Shown here: positions 29,301 to 37,000 of the stretch, one piece after another
How positions within the stretch are numbered: position 1 is the first letter of the stretch
Layout: each line of letters starts with the position of its first letter
Virus record (IMG/VR): IMGVR_UViG_3300047322_001016
Strand: one strand, 5' to 3'
Source of the DNA: an uncultured virus (IMG/VR IMGVR_UViG_3300047322_001016)
Taxonomy: Duplodnaviria > Heunggongvirae > Uroviricota > Caudoviricetes
DNA length: 64,000 bases
Made by a program: the position numbers and the translations under genes
Notes under the pieces: generated by a model
Database searches by the model: none
Seen by the model: the letters and a program-made list of their open reading frames with translations, nothing else
What the model was told of the DNA's origin: nothing

Positions 29301-31158
29301 CCTGAAGCCGCCCGTCGTCGTCTTCACCGCCGTCGAGCTCAGCGGCCCCAAGGCCGCGCTTGCCCCGAGCGCACGCGGGAAGCCGAAGTCGTTCCTGCGG
29401 CCGATGGGCAGCCCGGCCGTTGTTTACGCGCCGCTCGAGACTAGGCTGGCGCCGTCGACGCGGCTGCCGCGCGCACCGCACTCGGAGCTGAAGCCGCCGA
29501 CGGTTATCGACAACCGGCCGCAGACGTTCTACCTGGCGGTCTCGCTTGCCTACTCGCTGAGAGGGAAGGCCAAGCCGCGGCTGTTCCCGCCGCCCGCGAT
29601 CCAGGCGACAGCCAAGGCCGAAACGGTTCTGTCGGTCACGTTGGCGTACAGCCTGCGCGGCACGCCGAAGTCGTTCCTGACGCCGCCGACGGTCGTCACC
29701 GCCGCGACGCCGTACCTGCGCCCGGTCGACGTCACGTTGGCCCCGCAGGCACGCGGCCACGCAAGGCCGTTCCTTGGCGACTACATCGTCCCGGCGTTCT
29801 CGGGTCGGCCGATCGCCGTCACGTTGGCTCCGCAGACGCGCGGCAAGGCAACGTCGTTCCTGCCGAAGACGATCTACGAAGCACGGTCGTACGCCCCTGT
29901 CAGGGTCACGTTGGCGCCGCAGAAGCGTGGCGTTCCGAAGTCGCTGCTGGCGCAGGTTGTCTACGAAGCACGGGTCTACGCCCCGGTCCGCGTTGAACTT
30001 GCTCCGTCGCGTCGCGGCACACCCAAGTCCGTTCTCCGCCAGGTCGAATACGGCGCTGTCTCGTTCAGGCCCGTCGCGGTCACCTTGGCGCCGTCGTTCC
30101 GTGGTCAGCCGAAGCCGATCCTGTCCGCGCCGGCCGTCGTCTTCGCGTTCACAGCAACCCCGACCGCGATCCAGCTCGCCTACTCGCGTCGCGGACGGCC
30201 CGTCTCGCGGCTGTCCGCGCCGGTCGCCGTCGCGCCGTTCTTCGCACGTGCAGTCGACGTCGCCCTGGCTCCGCAGCGCCGCGGAACACCCAAGTCGACC
30301 TTGGCGCAGGTTGTCTACGAGGCCCGGTCGTACGCCCCGGTCAGGGTTGTTCTCGCCCCCGCCGCGCGTCTTGACCGGACGCCGCATTCGCGCCTTGCCG
30401 CCCCGACGGCCGTCAGCCGCTTCGTCGCCGCCCCGGTCAGCGTCACCCTGGCGGCGCAGCGTCGCGGCAAGACAACGTCGTTCCTGACATCCGTCGCCTT
30501 CGAGCGCCGCTCGTTCGCCGCAGTCCAGACGCACCTTGCCCCGCCGACGCGGGTCGGCCGGGCCGCCCACAGCAAGCTCGGGGAGCCGACGGTTGTCTTC
30601 CCGTTCCTCGCGAGGCCGGTCAGCGTCGAACTGGTGCGGATCCGGCCGCCGCGGACGATCGCGCGTCTCACGCCGATCCCGACGGTCGCGTTCTTCGCGA
30701 GGCCGGTCAGCGTCGAGCTGGCCCGGACACCGCAGAAGAGCGTCGTCTCGGCTCTGCGGCCGCCGACCGTCATCGACCTCACACCCCAGGTTTTCTACCT
30801 GAACGTCACGCTGGCGCAGATCCGGCCGCCGAAGACAACCGCGCGAATCGTCCCGCCGGCGGTAGTCAACCCGTACCGGGCCCCGGTGTCGTCGTTCATC
30901 CAGGTTCACCTGGCCTACAGCCGCCGCGGACGCCCGATCCACCATCTCGGCTTCGTCCCGGGCCTGTCACACGGCGGAATCATTTGCGGCGTCATCCTCG
31001 ACCTGACCAGCGTCTGTCAGGACATCACGGCCGACGTCGACACGATAATCGACGGCGGAGTTCTCGAAACGCATGTGGTGAGCGAAACGACGACCGCTTC
31101 AACGGTCATCATGGGTGAGACCTTGGCCGAAACACGCGTAGAACAGGACATCGAATGA
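23398..31158 (+). CDS. Giant (2586 aa) Pro/Arg/Val-rich repeat protein with two embedded lectin-like domains
   Basis: Dozens of ~27-32 aa degenerate repeats (e.g. PVLARPIxVxLAxxxRGxPKSxLxPPTVV); two globular inserts; acidic C-terminus. Confidence 0.8.
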   Translation: MARFLRTETNASGGHSRLRPPTVVLVPPLAPPLSVNLAIDGRSRSRRNQIQRGAKSFRIQPPPVVGAGIAYGGPGVRLAEPWSANNLNRRKATSELRPPAVVRPVDQFFGPRIRFVGSAIRSTAWFTSRAKPFLRSPVLVFAPAFYGPGVVRPRVTNVSIVRRVAHSRLPQVIPLTPAVFVARPVKVYLTDIEDRSAHNARQRRAESKLFPPAVVGAGIAFSGPRKKISRTPPRKTRSFLRPPTRVSPVLAPPITINLVGRNRLIRARKTDSVLFPPIIPTTTFVAVPIATTLVGRNRLLRARKTDSLLRPPESAFQCLVTRYVSRQFLAPPAYLPGGNGFAGGTAVFFSDAFNRVTANGWGTADVGGAWTVTTGTASFDSTDGSVAKIVPGSVATQRLRLAAVSASDVDVYGEITFSATAATSNGEFACEARYTDTNNTLRFRVIQSTSGNIVVAVDEVVGGVATEIAVATPAFTSYIAGETISFRARAVGHAVSMVAWRKGTSEPAAQTTANTAIVIAGAVAARYIAAGNFPNLTLDNLVGVAPGGCAEGGGLELPPPVRDRRPAVRSFLRPPTAVASSFVASPIAVNLVGRNRLVRARKTDSTLFPPILPPDAGRIRGSLTKPRDTAPRTRSFLLPPVLAVSTVFARPIDVALARIKPGRTAYFLRGAVVITPAALASPIKVALAPQKRGAPKSKLPQVVYAAQVYPGIEGFLAKRKHVNPRTRSFLRPPESAFQCLVTRYVSRQFLNPPAYMPGGNGLPSGDPTTYALDNFSRVTTNGWGTADVGGTWNNTGSRWSTDGTRALFTVSDGSAVVEGSSLTGVGTLGNDFEAAFRWTFNEAWAGNLNRINMGWAGFFVRLENTTNDRVAAGIFDAVGNAITGGSLVWPDGSPDYGHLWWLKFRQSAGRLYVKAWKDGLSEPANWLLEVAAPYTNLNNGAAFSFEKFSTVPNTFIIDSFSLVSLDGCAAGGGLELPPPVRDRRPAVHSFLRPPTATQVQVVYYGPKTPLVRVRPQATHSVLRRPAVVGPVLAPPIEERIAVQLTRAELERKTISRLSKPVVVDAFRIPVVKVSLVRIRPVRTNPELRPPTVIDLRPQTYFVDVHLAYSKRGAPKSVLRPAIIPLLAPPVDAEVAVQLTRARLERRLALSHLSPPAVIDNSPQVFYLATWLTYSLRGKPKSFLGKPTDLVDQQDLGFVHAHLAYSRRGRPVFRLQPPAVVGPVLARAIFVHLAPSSHGIPKSILREPTVVAPVLASPIRVTLDRIKPAHTIARLFPPAVVTGHTPEDVSVDVTLAPQRRGQPKSALRAPTVVAPVLAKPIGVALVRIKPQPTTTYLFPPVVVYLAVELSGPETSLAPSRRGVPKSVLFPPIHPESFPPVHEVIAVQLTESSLIRHQPKSRLFPPTVVFTAVELSGPDVTLSPQKRGVPKSKLAAPTVVAPVLARAIQVSLVRIKPVKTHPALSPPVIPPLPRPVESELSVQLTRAALERHTISRLGAPTVVDTFRIPVVSTRLVRIRPALTHSALRPPTVIDNSPQVFYLTVGLAPSKRGVPKSHLLPAIIPPLAPPVDAEIAVQLTEATLIRRASMWRLSPPTVVYTAVELSGPETTVAPSSRGKAKYFLRPMGSPAVVYAPLEVRLAPSTKLPRAPHAKLFPPTVIDNRPQTYYLTVALAYSLRGKPKPHLFPPPTIQATPKAETVVAVTLAYSLRGKPKPRLNPPTVVTAATPYLRAIDTTLVRIRPVRTLAILGKPTDTVGLEDQGRVATHLAYSRRGRPLSILRQPTVVSPVLARPVLEGLSVQLTRVERERKTMSRLSPPTAVDTFRIPVVEVRLARIRPVPTHPELRPPAVIDLTPQVYYLTLSLAYSLRGTPKSELKPPADTVGIEDQGRVNVHLAYSLRGTPKSRLAAPTVVAPVLARPIDVALVRITPPPVVSRLAPPVPPETFPPVREEITVQLALAEIRQRKTTSRLKPPVVVFTAVELSGPKAALAPSARGKPKSFLRPMGSPAVVYAPLETRLAPSTRLPRAPHSELKPPTVIDNRPQTFYLAVSLAYSLRGKAKPRLFPPPAIQATAKAETVLSVTLAYSLRGTPKSFLTPPTVVTAATPYLRPVDVTLAPQARGHARPFLGDYIVPAFSGRPIAVTLAPQTRGKATSFLPKTIYEARSYAPVRVTLAPQKRGVPKSLLAQVVYEARVYAPVRVELAPSRRGTPKSVLRQVEYGAVSFRPVAVTLAPSFRGQPKPILSAPAVVFAFTATPTAIQLAYSRRGRPVSRLSAPVAVAPFFARAVDVALAPQRRGTPKSTLAQVVYEARSYAPVRVVLAPAARLDRTPHSRLAAPTAVSRFVAAPVSVTLAAQRRGKTTSFLTSVAFERRSFAAVQTHLAPPTRVGRAAHSKLGEPTVVFPFLARPVSVELVRIRPPRTIARLTPIPTVAFFARPVSVELARTPQKSVVSALRPPTVIDLTPQVFYLNVTLAQIRPPKTTARIVPPAVVNPYRAPVSSFIQVHLAYSRRGRPIHHLGFVPGLSHGGIICGVILDLTSVCQDITADVDTIIDGGVLETHVVSETTTASTVIMGETLAETRVEQDIE
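24322..24383 (+). repeat. 62-bp exact direct repeat, copy 1 (left flank of insert 1)
   Basis: Identical to 25585..25646. Confidence 0.9.
25585..25646 (+). repeat. 62-bp exact direct repeat, copy 2 (left flank of insert 2)
   Basis: Identical to 24322..24383. Confidence 0.9.
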
Positions 31159-31171
31159 CGGGAGGCCCGAA

Positions 31172-32389
31172 ATAAACGGCGGCACCTTTCTTTACGGAAA
31201 TCCGTTCGTTGTCCGAGACACATTCGGGATCCTCACCGTTCCCGGAGACCCGACGTCGTTCGTCGCCACAAACCCGACGACGGTCACGTACACCGTCAGG
31301 GATCCCGCCGGGGTTCTGACCACCTACGTTTTCGGCGTCGACGTGGAAGTCACGAACCCGGCGGTCGGCGTTTTCGAGCTTCGCCAGGGGCCGCTGACGC
31401 TCGCGGGCGGCTGGACATACGCGATCGTCGGCACCGGCGCTGTCGAAGCGACATTGGAGGGCGACTGGACGATCCTTCCGTCGTCGGTTTTCTCGCCGGT
31501 TGTTTCCGAGTTCTCGCCGACACCGTGTGCGCCTTGGTGCGACTCCCAGGACGCATGGATCGCGTGCGGTTCGCCGATGACTTTGATCGGCGAAGGAACG
31601 GACGCGACGGAATGCCCGGTTGATTTGACGCCGTACACGCAGGCCGCTTCCTGGCTTCTGTTCGAGCTTTCCGGCCGTCTCTTTTCGGGCCGCTGCGAAC
31701 GCACCGTCAGGCCGTGCAGCGATCTTCCCTGCGGATTCCAGGTTTTGCCGGGCGGATACGTGGTTTGGCCTGGAGACTTCGGTGTTGGCGGCGGCTGGGG
31801 GTGGGGCTGGAGCGGGTCGGGTTGGAACTGGCCGAACTTCGGCGGCTGCGGCTGCGAGCCGCTCGACCGGATCAACCTGGCCGGGTATCCGGTACGCGAA
31901 ATCGTCGAAGTCAAAATCGACGGTGTCGTGGTGCCGGAAACCAACAACTGGCGTCTCGACAGGCGCCGCTTCCTGACCCGGACAGCCGACGCGGACGGGA
32001 ACGCGCAGCGGTGGCCCGCGTGTCAGCGGATGGACATGGACGACACGCAGCCCGGCACGTTCTCGGTCAAGTACGCCTACGGGCAGGACCCGCCGCTGAT
32101 GGGGGCGATGGCCGCCGCGAAAGTCGCGTGCGAGCTCTACAGCGCTTTGAACGGCGGCGAGTGCCAGTTGCCCGACGGAACGGTTCAGATCACCCGGCAG
32201 GGAGTGACGATCAACAAGCTCGCGACGCTCGGCTGGTTCCGTTCCAGCACGGCCGGTTGGAAGACGGGCATCGCTGTCGTCGACTCGTTCCTGAACGGCG
32301 CCAACCCGTATGGGATGACTCGCCGTCCGATGATGATGGCTCCCGGTAACCGCCGCGGTCGCTTCGCGCAGTCGGTGGGCAACGGCTAA
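31172..32389 (+). CDS. Head-to-tail adaptor with N-terminal Ig-like domain (probable ATA start)
   Basis: AASWLLFELSGRLFSGRCERTVRPC, WPACQ, LACE-like and ITRQGV motifs of actinophage adaptors; frame is open upstream of GTG 31343 to GGGAGG-N6-ATA. Confidence 0.75.
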   Translation: MNGGTFLYGNPFVVRDTFGILTVPGDPTSFVATNPTTVTYTVRDPAGVLTTYVFGVDVEVTNPAVGVFELRQGPLTLAGGWTYAIVGTGAVEATLEGDWTILPSSVFSPVVSEFSPTPCAPWCDSQDAWIACGSPMTLIGEGTDATECPVDLTPYTQAASWLLFELSGRLFSGRCERTVRPCSDLPCGFQVLPGGYVVWPGDFGVGGGWGWGWSGSGWNWPNFGGCGCEPLDRINLAGYPVREIVEVKIDGVVVPETNNWRLDRRRFLTRTADADGNAQRWPACQRMDMDDTQPGTFSVKYAYGQDPPLMGAMAAAKVACELYSALNGGECQLPDGTVQITRQGVTINKLATLGWFRSSTAGWKTGIAVVDSFLNGANPYGMTRRPMMMAPGNRRGRFAQSVGNG

Positions 32390-32896
32390 ATGGCGCCCAC
32401 TTCGATCGACCAGCTCACGGTTACCGCGCAGGCGCTGCTCGACACTGTCGTCGCGATCCTCGAGACGACGCCGTCGGGTGCCCCCGCAAGCCAGTTCCTG
32501 ACGCCGGCGGAGCCCGCGTTCGACTGCGAATTCGTCGCTGTCCAGGCCGCGCGCCTGGGGGAAGCGCCGACGTCGCCGCAGACGCCGCCGATGGCTCCCG
32601 GGAACCGGAACCGGATGGGGAACGTGATCTACGCGTCGTACATCATGTACGTCGTTCGCTGCGCGCCGCAGATGCAAGGCAACAACGCTCCCACCGACGC
32701 GGCGAAAACCGCGTCGGCCGGTGTTGTGCAGCGAGACGGGTGGGCGTTGTGGAACGGGATCCGCGACGCGCAGGACATGCTGTTCGACGACTGCCTTGGC
32801 GTTTTGTTCGACGGTGGCGTCCCGATCCCCGAGCAGGGCGGAATGGTCGGGTGGGCGTTCCAGATCCGCGCGACGATCGAAGGGTATATCCCGTGA
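32390..32896 (+). CDS. Tail terminator-like protein
   Basis: Position after the adaptor; PAFDC, VVRCAP and QGGMVG motifs. Confidence 0.6.
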   Translation: MAPTSIDQLTVTAQALLDTVVAILETTPSGAPASQFLTPAEPAFDCEFVAVQAARLGEAPTSPQTPPMAPGNRNRMGNVIYASYIMYVVRCAPQMQGNNAPTDAAKTASAGVVQRDGWALWNGIRDAQDMLFDDCLGVLFDGGVPIPEQGGMVGWAFQIRATIEGYIP

Positions 32897-33267
32897 ACGA
32901 CGAAATCCTTATTTACGACAGCGCGATCCGGGAAGTCGTGAACAGCCCCGGCGGCAGCATCGCGGAAGCGTTGACTGCGAACGCAGCCGAGTTCGTCCGG
33001 GACGCCAAAAACACGTTGAGTCTTCCCCGTATTTCCGGGACGACGAACCCGGCGCCGGGTCCGCCGCGGCGCCGCTCCGGCGACCTGTTCAACTCGATCA
33101 CGCAGACAACCCCTGTGATCGACTTCGACACTGGTTTGATCGCGGTCACGGTTTTCTCGGACAAAAACGTCTACACGCATCCGCACCATGACGAGCTTCA
33201 CGGCCAGTGGCTGCTCGACCACGGCTACAAGTTCCTGTCTTTCGAGCTGCCGGAAACGTTCCACTAA
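32893..33267 (+). CDS. HK97 gp10-like neck/tail completion protein
   Basis: PGPPRRRSGDLFNSI motif; GTG start overlapping the previous stop. Confidence 0.55.
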   Translation: MNDEILIYDSAIREVVNSPGGSIAEALTANAAEFVRDAKNTLSLPRISGTTNPAPGPPRRRSGDLFNSITQTTPVIDFDTGLIAVTVFSDKNVYTHPHHDELHGQWLLDHGYKFLSFELPETFH

Positions 33268-33282
33268 ACGGGAGGGAACCCG

Positions 33283-33771
33283 ATGTCGGAAGTATATGAC
33301 TTCAACGCAGGAAGGGCGAAGCGGCACGAAGAGCGTGCTGCTTCGTTCGGCTCGAAGCCGTTCAAGTTCGGTTTCAAGCCGCGCGAAAAGGACGAGGGCG
33401 GGAACCCGGTCGGGCCGCTGGTGCCGGAAGAGTTCTATGTGCGCGCGAACGTCGGCTACATGGGGATCAAGCGCGTCGCGGCTCTGTCGGAGTCGTCGTC
33501 GGGCGACGAGACGTTCTCCGCGATCGAGTATTCGGTGTTCTCGATGATCGACCCGGGCGACAACGCGCTCGAGCGGTTCAAGCAGGTCGTGAACAACCCG
33601 GACGACCCGGTCACGTTCGACGACCTGGTTGAGCTGCAAACGTGGCTTTTGACGGAGCAGACGTCGCTCCCTCCTACCGAGCCACAGCCCTCTGCTGCTA
33701 CGCCCACTCCGAATGGGTCCGTCTCGACGGCGCCCTCATCCACCGTACCGGGAGAAGCCTCGACGAGCTGA
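33283..33771 (+). CDS. Tail assembly chaperone (G-like)
   Basis: GGGAGGG RBS; upstream of the tape measure; low-complexity PTEPQPS tail. Confidence 0.65.
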   Translation: MSEVYDFNAGRAKRHEERAASFGSKPFKFGFKPREKDEGGNPVGPLVPEEFYVRANVGYMGIKRVAALSESSSGDETFSAIEYSVFSMIDPGDNALERFKQVVNNPDDPVTFDDLVELQTWLLTEQTSLPPTEPQPSAATPTPNGSVSTAPSSTVPGEASTS

Positions 33772-34037
33772 ACATGCGCCAGATCTGCAATTTGGCGTAC
33801 GCGATCCTGATCGAAAACCGGACAACAGCACAGATCGCCGAGCTCGACGTGATCCTGTCGGGGCCGGAAGACAAGGAAAAGATGCTTGAGCGTCAGAACG
33901 TTGTGGCTATGCGGGAGCTGGAAGCCCAGATGGGTGGCGTCGGCATGCTCGTGAAGCCGCCGCCCGGTGGGCCCAGGCGGAAGCCGAAGGACGGCCCGCT
34001 CCGGAATTCCGGAAAGGGTGATCAGCCACGTCGCTAA
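33642..34037 (+). CDS. Tail assembly chaperone second ORF (T-like, -1 frame)
   Basis: Overlaps the G gene in the -1 frame; WVRLDG...LNMRQICNLAY motif. Confidence 0.55.
   Translation: MAFDGADVAPSYRATALCCYAHSEWVRLDGALIHRTGRSLDELNMRQICNLAYAILIENRTTAQIAELDVILSGPEDKEKMLERQNVVAMRELEAQMGGVGMLVKPPPGGPRRKPKDGPLRNSGKGDQPRR
34000..34013. repeat. Palindrome TCCGGAATTCCGGA (copy 3)
   Basis: Read directly; abuts the tape-measure SD. Confidence 0.9.
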
Positions 34038-37000
34038 TCAGCCAGGCATTCGTTCAGGTCAGGCCTGATCTCAGCACCTTCAACGAAGAGTTGCGGACGA
34101 AGCTGACGGCGGCGTTGAAGGTCAACGTCGCCGACCGCACGCTCCTGGTCCGGGTTGCGCTGGAAGGCGGCAAAACGGGCGTGCTGGAGAGCCTCCAGGC
34201 GCAGATGCCGAAGACGCCGCTCAACGTTCTCGTGAGGCCGGTGCTTGTCGACGGCGCGGCTGCCGAGCTTCGCAACGAGATCGGCCTTGTTCCTGTTGAG
34301 GTCACTCTGGTGGGCGGCCAGGCCGCTAAGAGGGCTGCGGCGAACATCGCGTCGGTTGCGGCTCCGGCTGTGGGCGGGACGGTGGCGGGGGACACGGCGG
34401 CGCAGGCCCAGTTGGCGGCGCAGAGGGCTGCGGCGCAGAGGGCGGCGCGGGAAGCGGCGGCGGCTGTTGTCGGCAACCCTGATGCCGACCGGCTGGTGCT
34501 GGAAGCAACAACGGCGTTGGCTGGCGCCACCGGCGATCTAGAAGCGGCGACGAAAGCTCTTACTCTCGCCAACGAAGCGTTGCAGGCGTCCGAAACCGAG
34601 TTGAACGCCGCGACGACGGAAGGAAACAAGAACCGGATCGCGCGGGCCGAGCTGACGCACGACGCGGCGGCCGCGACGCAGGAGCAGGCGCAGGTCGACC
34701 GCGACGCAGCCTTGGCCGCGAAAAGCTCGGCCGACGCGCAGGCTGCGGCTACGGAGCGTGTCGCGAAGGTTCAGACGGCCGTCGCGGCGGCCAAAGAGAA
34801 GGTCACCGCGGCCTCGATCACGAACGTGAACGCGTTGGAGCTCGAGACGGCGGCAGCCAGCGCCGCTTCTTTGGCGCAGGCAGAGCTCACGAAGGCGCAG
34901 AACGCCGGTCAGGCTGCGGCCGCGGAGCAGATCGCCGCGCTCAAGGTGGAAGCGCTGCAGCTGAAGGAGCTGATCGACGCCCAGCTTGGCCTGACCGAAG
35001 TGTCAGGGCTGACTGCCGGCGTTTCTACCGCCGGACGTGCTGGCGGTACTGATCTGGCGAAAAAGCAGTTGGAGCTTTCGGCGGCGAAGAAAGCCGACGC
35101 TGAGGCCACCAAGGTTCTGGAAGCGGCGCAACGTTCCGGGGACGCGGAGACGATCAAAGCGGCGGACCTTGCGTCTCAGGCGACACGGAACCTGGTTGCG
35201 CAGACGGAAGCGAAAGTTGCGGATCTCAGGGTGGACGAAGCACGCGGACCTGTGCAGGCGAGGCTTGCGGCGATCAATTCTCTTGTCACTAAGGCGAATG
35301 ATCCGACGTTGAGTTTGGCTTCGCGGGCGACGGCGGCGACGCAAGCGCAGAATCTGGCTACGAAATCAGTTGAAGAGTTCGCGGTGGCCGAGAAGGGCGC
35401 CAGTGCCGCTGACAAGGATCGTCTCGCGACGCTTGCGGGCACGACTGCTGCTTTGAAAGAGCAGACGGTTGCGCAGAACCAGGCGTCGATCGCCGCGGCG
35501 AAGGCCGCTGAGTCTCTCCGCGCCAGCGCTGCCAGTTCGTCCCAGTTCCGGGCGCAGGCGGAGCGTGGCGCGGCCGCCACCGGGGCGACGTTCCTTGGTT
35601 TGCGCGGCGCGGTTCTGTCCGCGTCAACGGGGTTCCTGCTCGCGACCGTTGCCGTTACTGGCCTGTCCAAGATTGTCGCCACAGCCGAAGAGCTGCAGCA
35701 CAGCCTCAACGTCTTCCAGTCCGTTTCTGGGGCGACGAACGACCAGCTGATCCAGGTCGATGCGACAGCCAGGACGCTCGGTGCCGACCTTACGCTGCCA
35801 GCCACTTCGGCCACCGACGCGGCTCATGCAATGACCACGTTGGCGAAAGCGGGTCTTTCGGTTTCGCAGTCGATGGCCGCCGCGAAAGGCGTTCTCCAGC
35901 TTGCCGCCGCGGCGCAGATCGACGTCGGCACGTCAGCCGACATCGTCGCGACCGAGCTCAACGCGTTCGGTTTGGCCGGAGATCAGGCGACCAGGGTTGT
36001 TGACCTTCTCGCGGGTGCCAGCATCGCCGCCCAGGGAGACATCAGCGACTTCGCGCTCGCGTTCCAGCAGTCGTCCGCGGTCGCGCATGAGGTAGGCCTT
36101 TCCGTTGAGCAGACGACTGCGATCCTGACGCAGTTCGCGAAGGCCGGTCTTCACGGCTCCGACGCCGGCACGTCGCTGCGCACGCTGCTGCTGCGGTTGG
36201 TTCCGACGACGAAGGCCGCGGCAGACGCGCAGGCCGAACTCGGGATCAGCATCAATCGGAATATCCCGATCGGGAAGCAGTTCAGCAGTCTCGTCGACCA
36301 GTATTCAAAGGCTTTGGCGAGGCTGGGCCCGATTGCGCAGCAGGAAGTCCTGACGAAGATCTTCGGGCAGGACGCGATCCGCGGAGCCAGCCTGACGCTG
36401 ACGCAGGGGGCGGCTGCTCTCGCGCAGGTCCAGGCGACCGTTTCGAAGTCTGGCCAGGCCGCCGAGATCACGAAGGGACAGACCGAAGGGCTTGGAGGGT
36501 CGGTCGAGGGTCTCAAATCGGAAGTTCAGACGCTTTCGGCGACGATCGGAAGTCAGTTCCTGCCCGTCCTCGACGCGACGGCCCACACCATTGCCTCCAT
36601 CGCGTCGAACGCGAACACCGCGGTGACCGAGCTGAACAAGCTCTCGAGTTTGACGATCAAGCCGATCGCGAACGTTTTCGGCGGAGTCAACACCTTCGTT
36701 CCGGTTGCCGTAGCCGCCGCCGCTGGCGCAACGCTCCGGTCTCTGAATTCAGGGCGGGCCGCCAAAGCCCTCAACGAACAGGTCGAGAAAACGGTCGTTT
36801 CCGTCAACCAAGCTCTCGCAAAAGGGTCGATCACACAGGATGAGGTCAATGCCCTCTGGAAGGTTATCGGTATCTCGGCGGAAGACGCTGGCGCGATCCA
36901 GTTGCGGGTAACGGCCGAAGGAAAGGCGGGGTTCGACAAGCAGGTCGTCTCGATGAAGAGCGTGCTTGCAACGCAGGAGGAACTTGCTGCTGCGGCCGCA

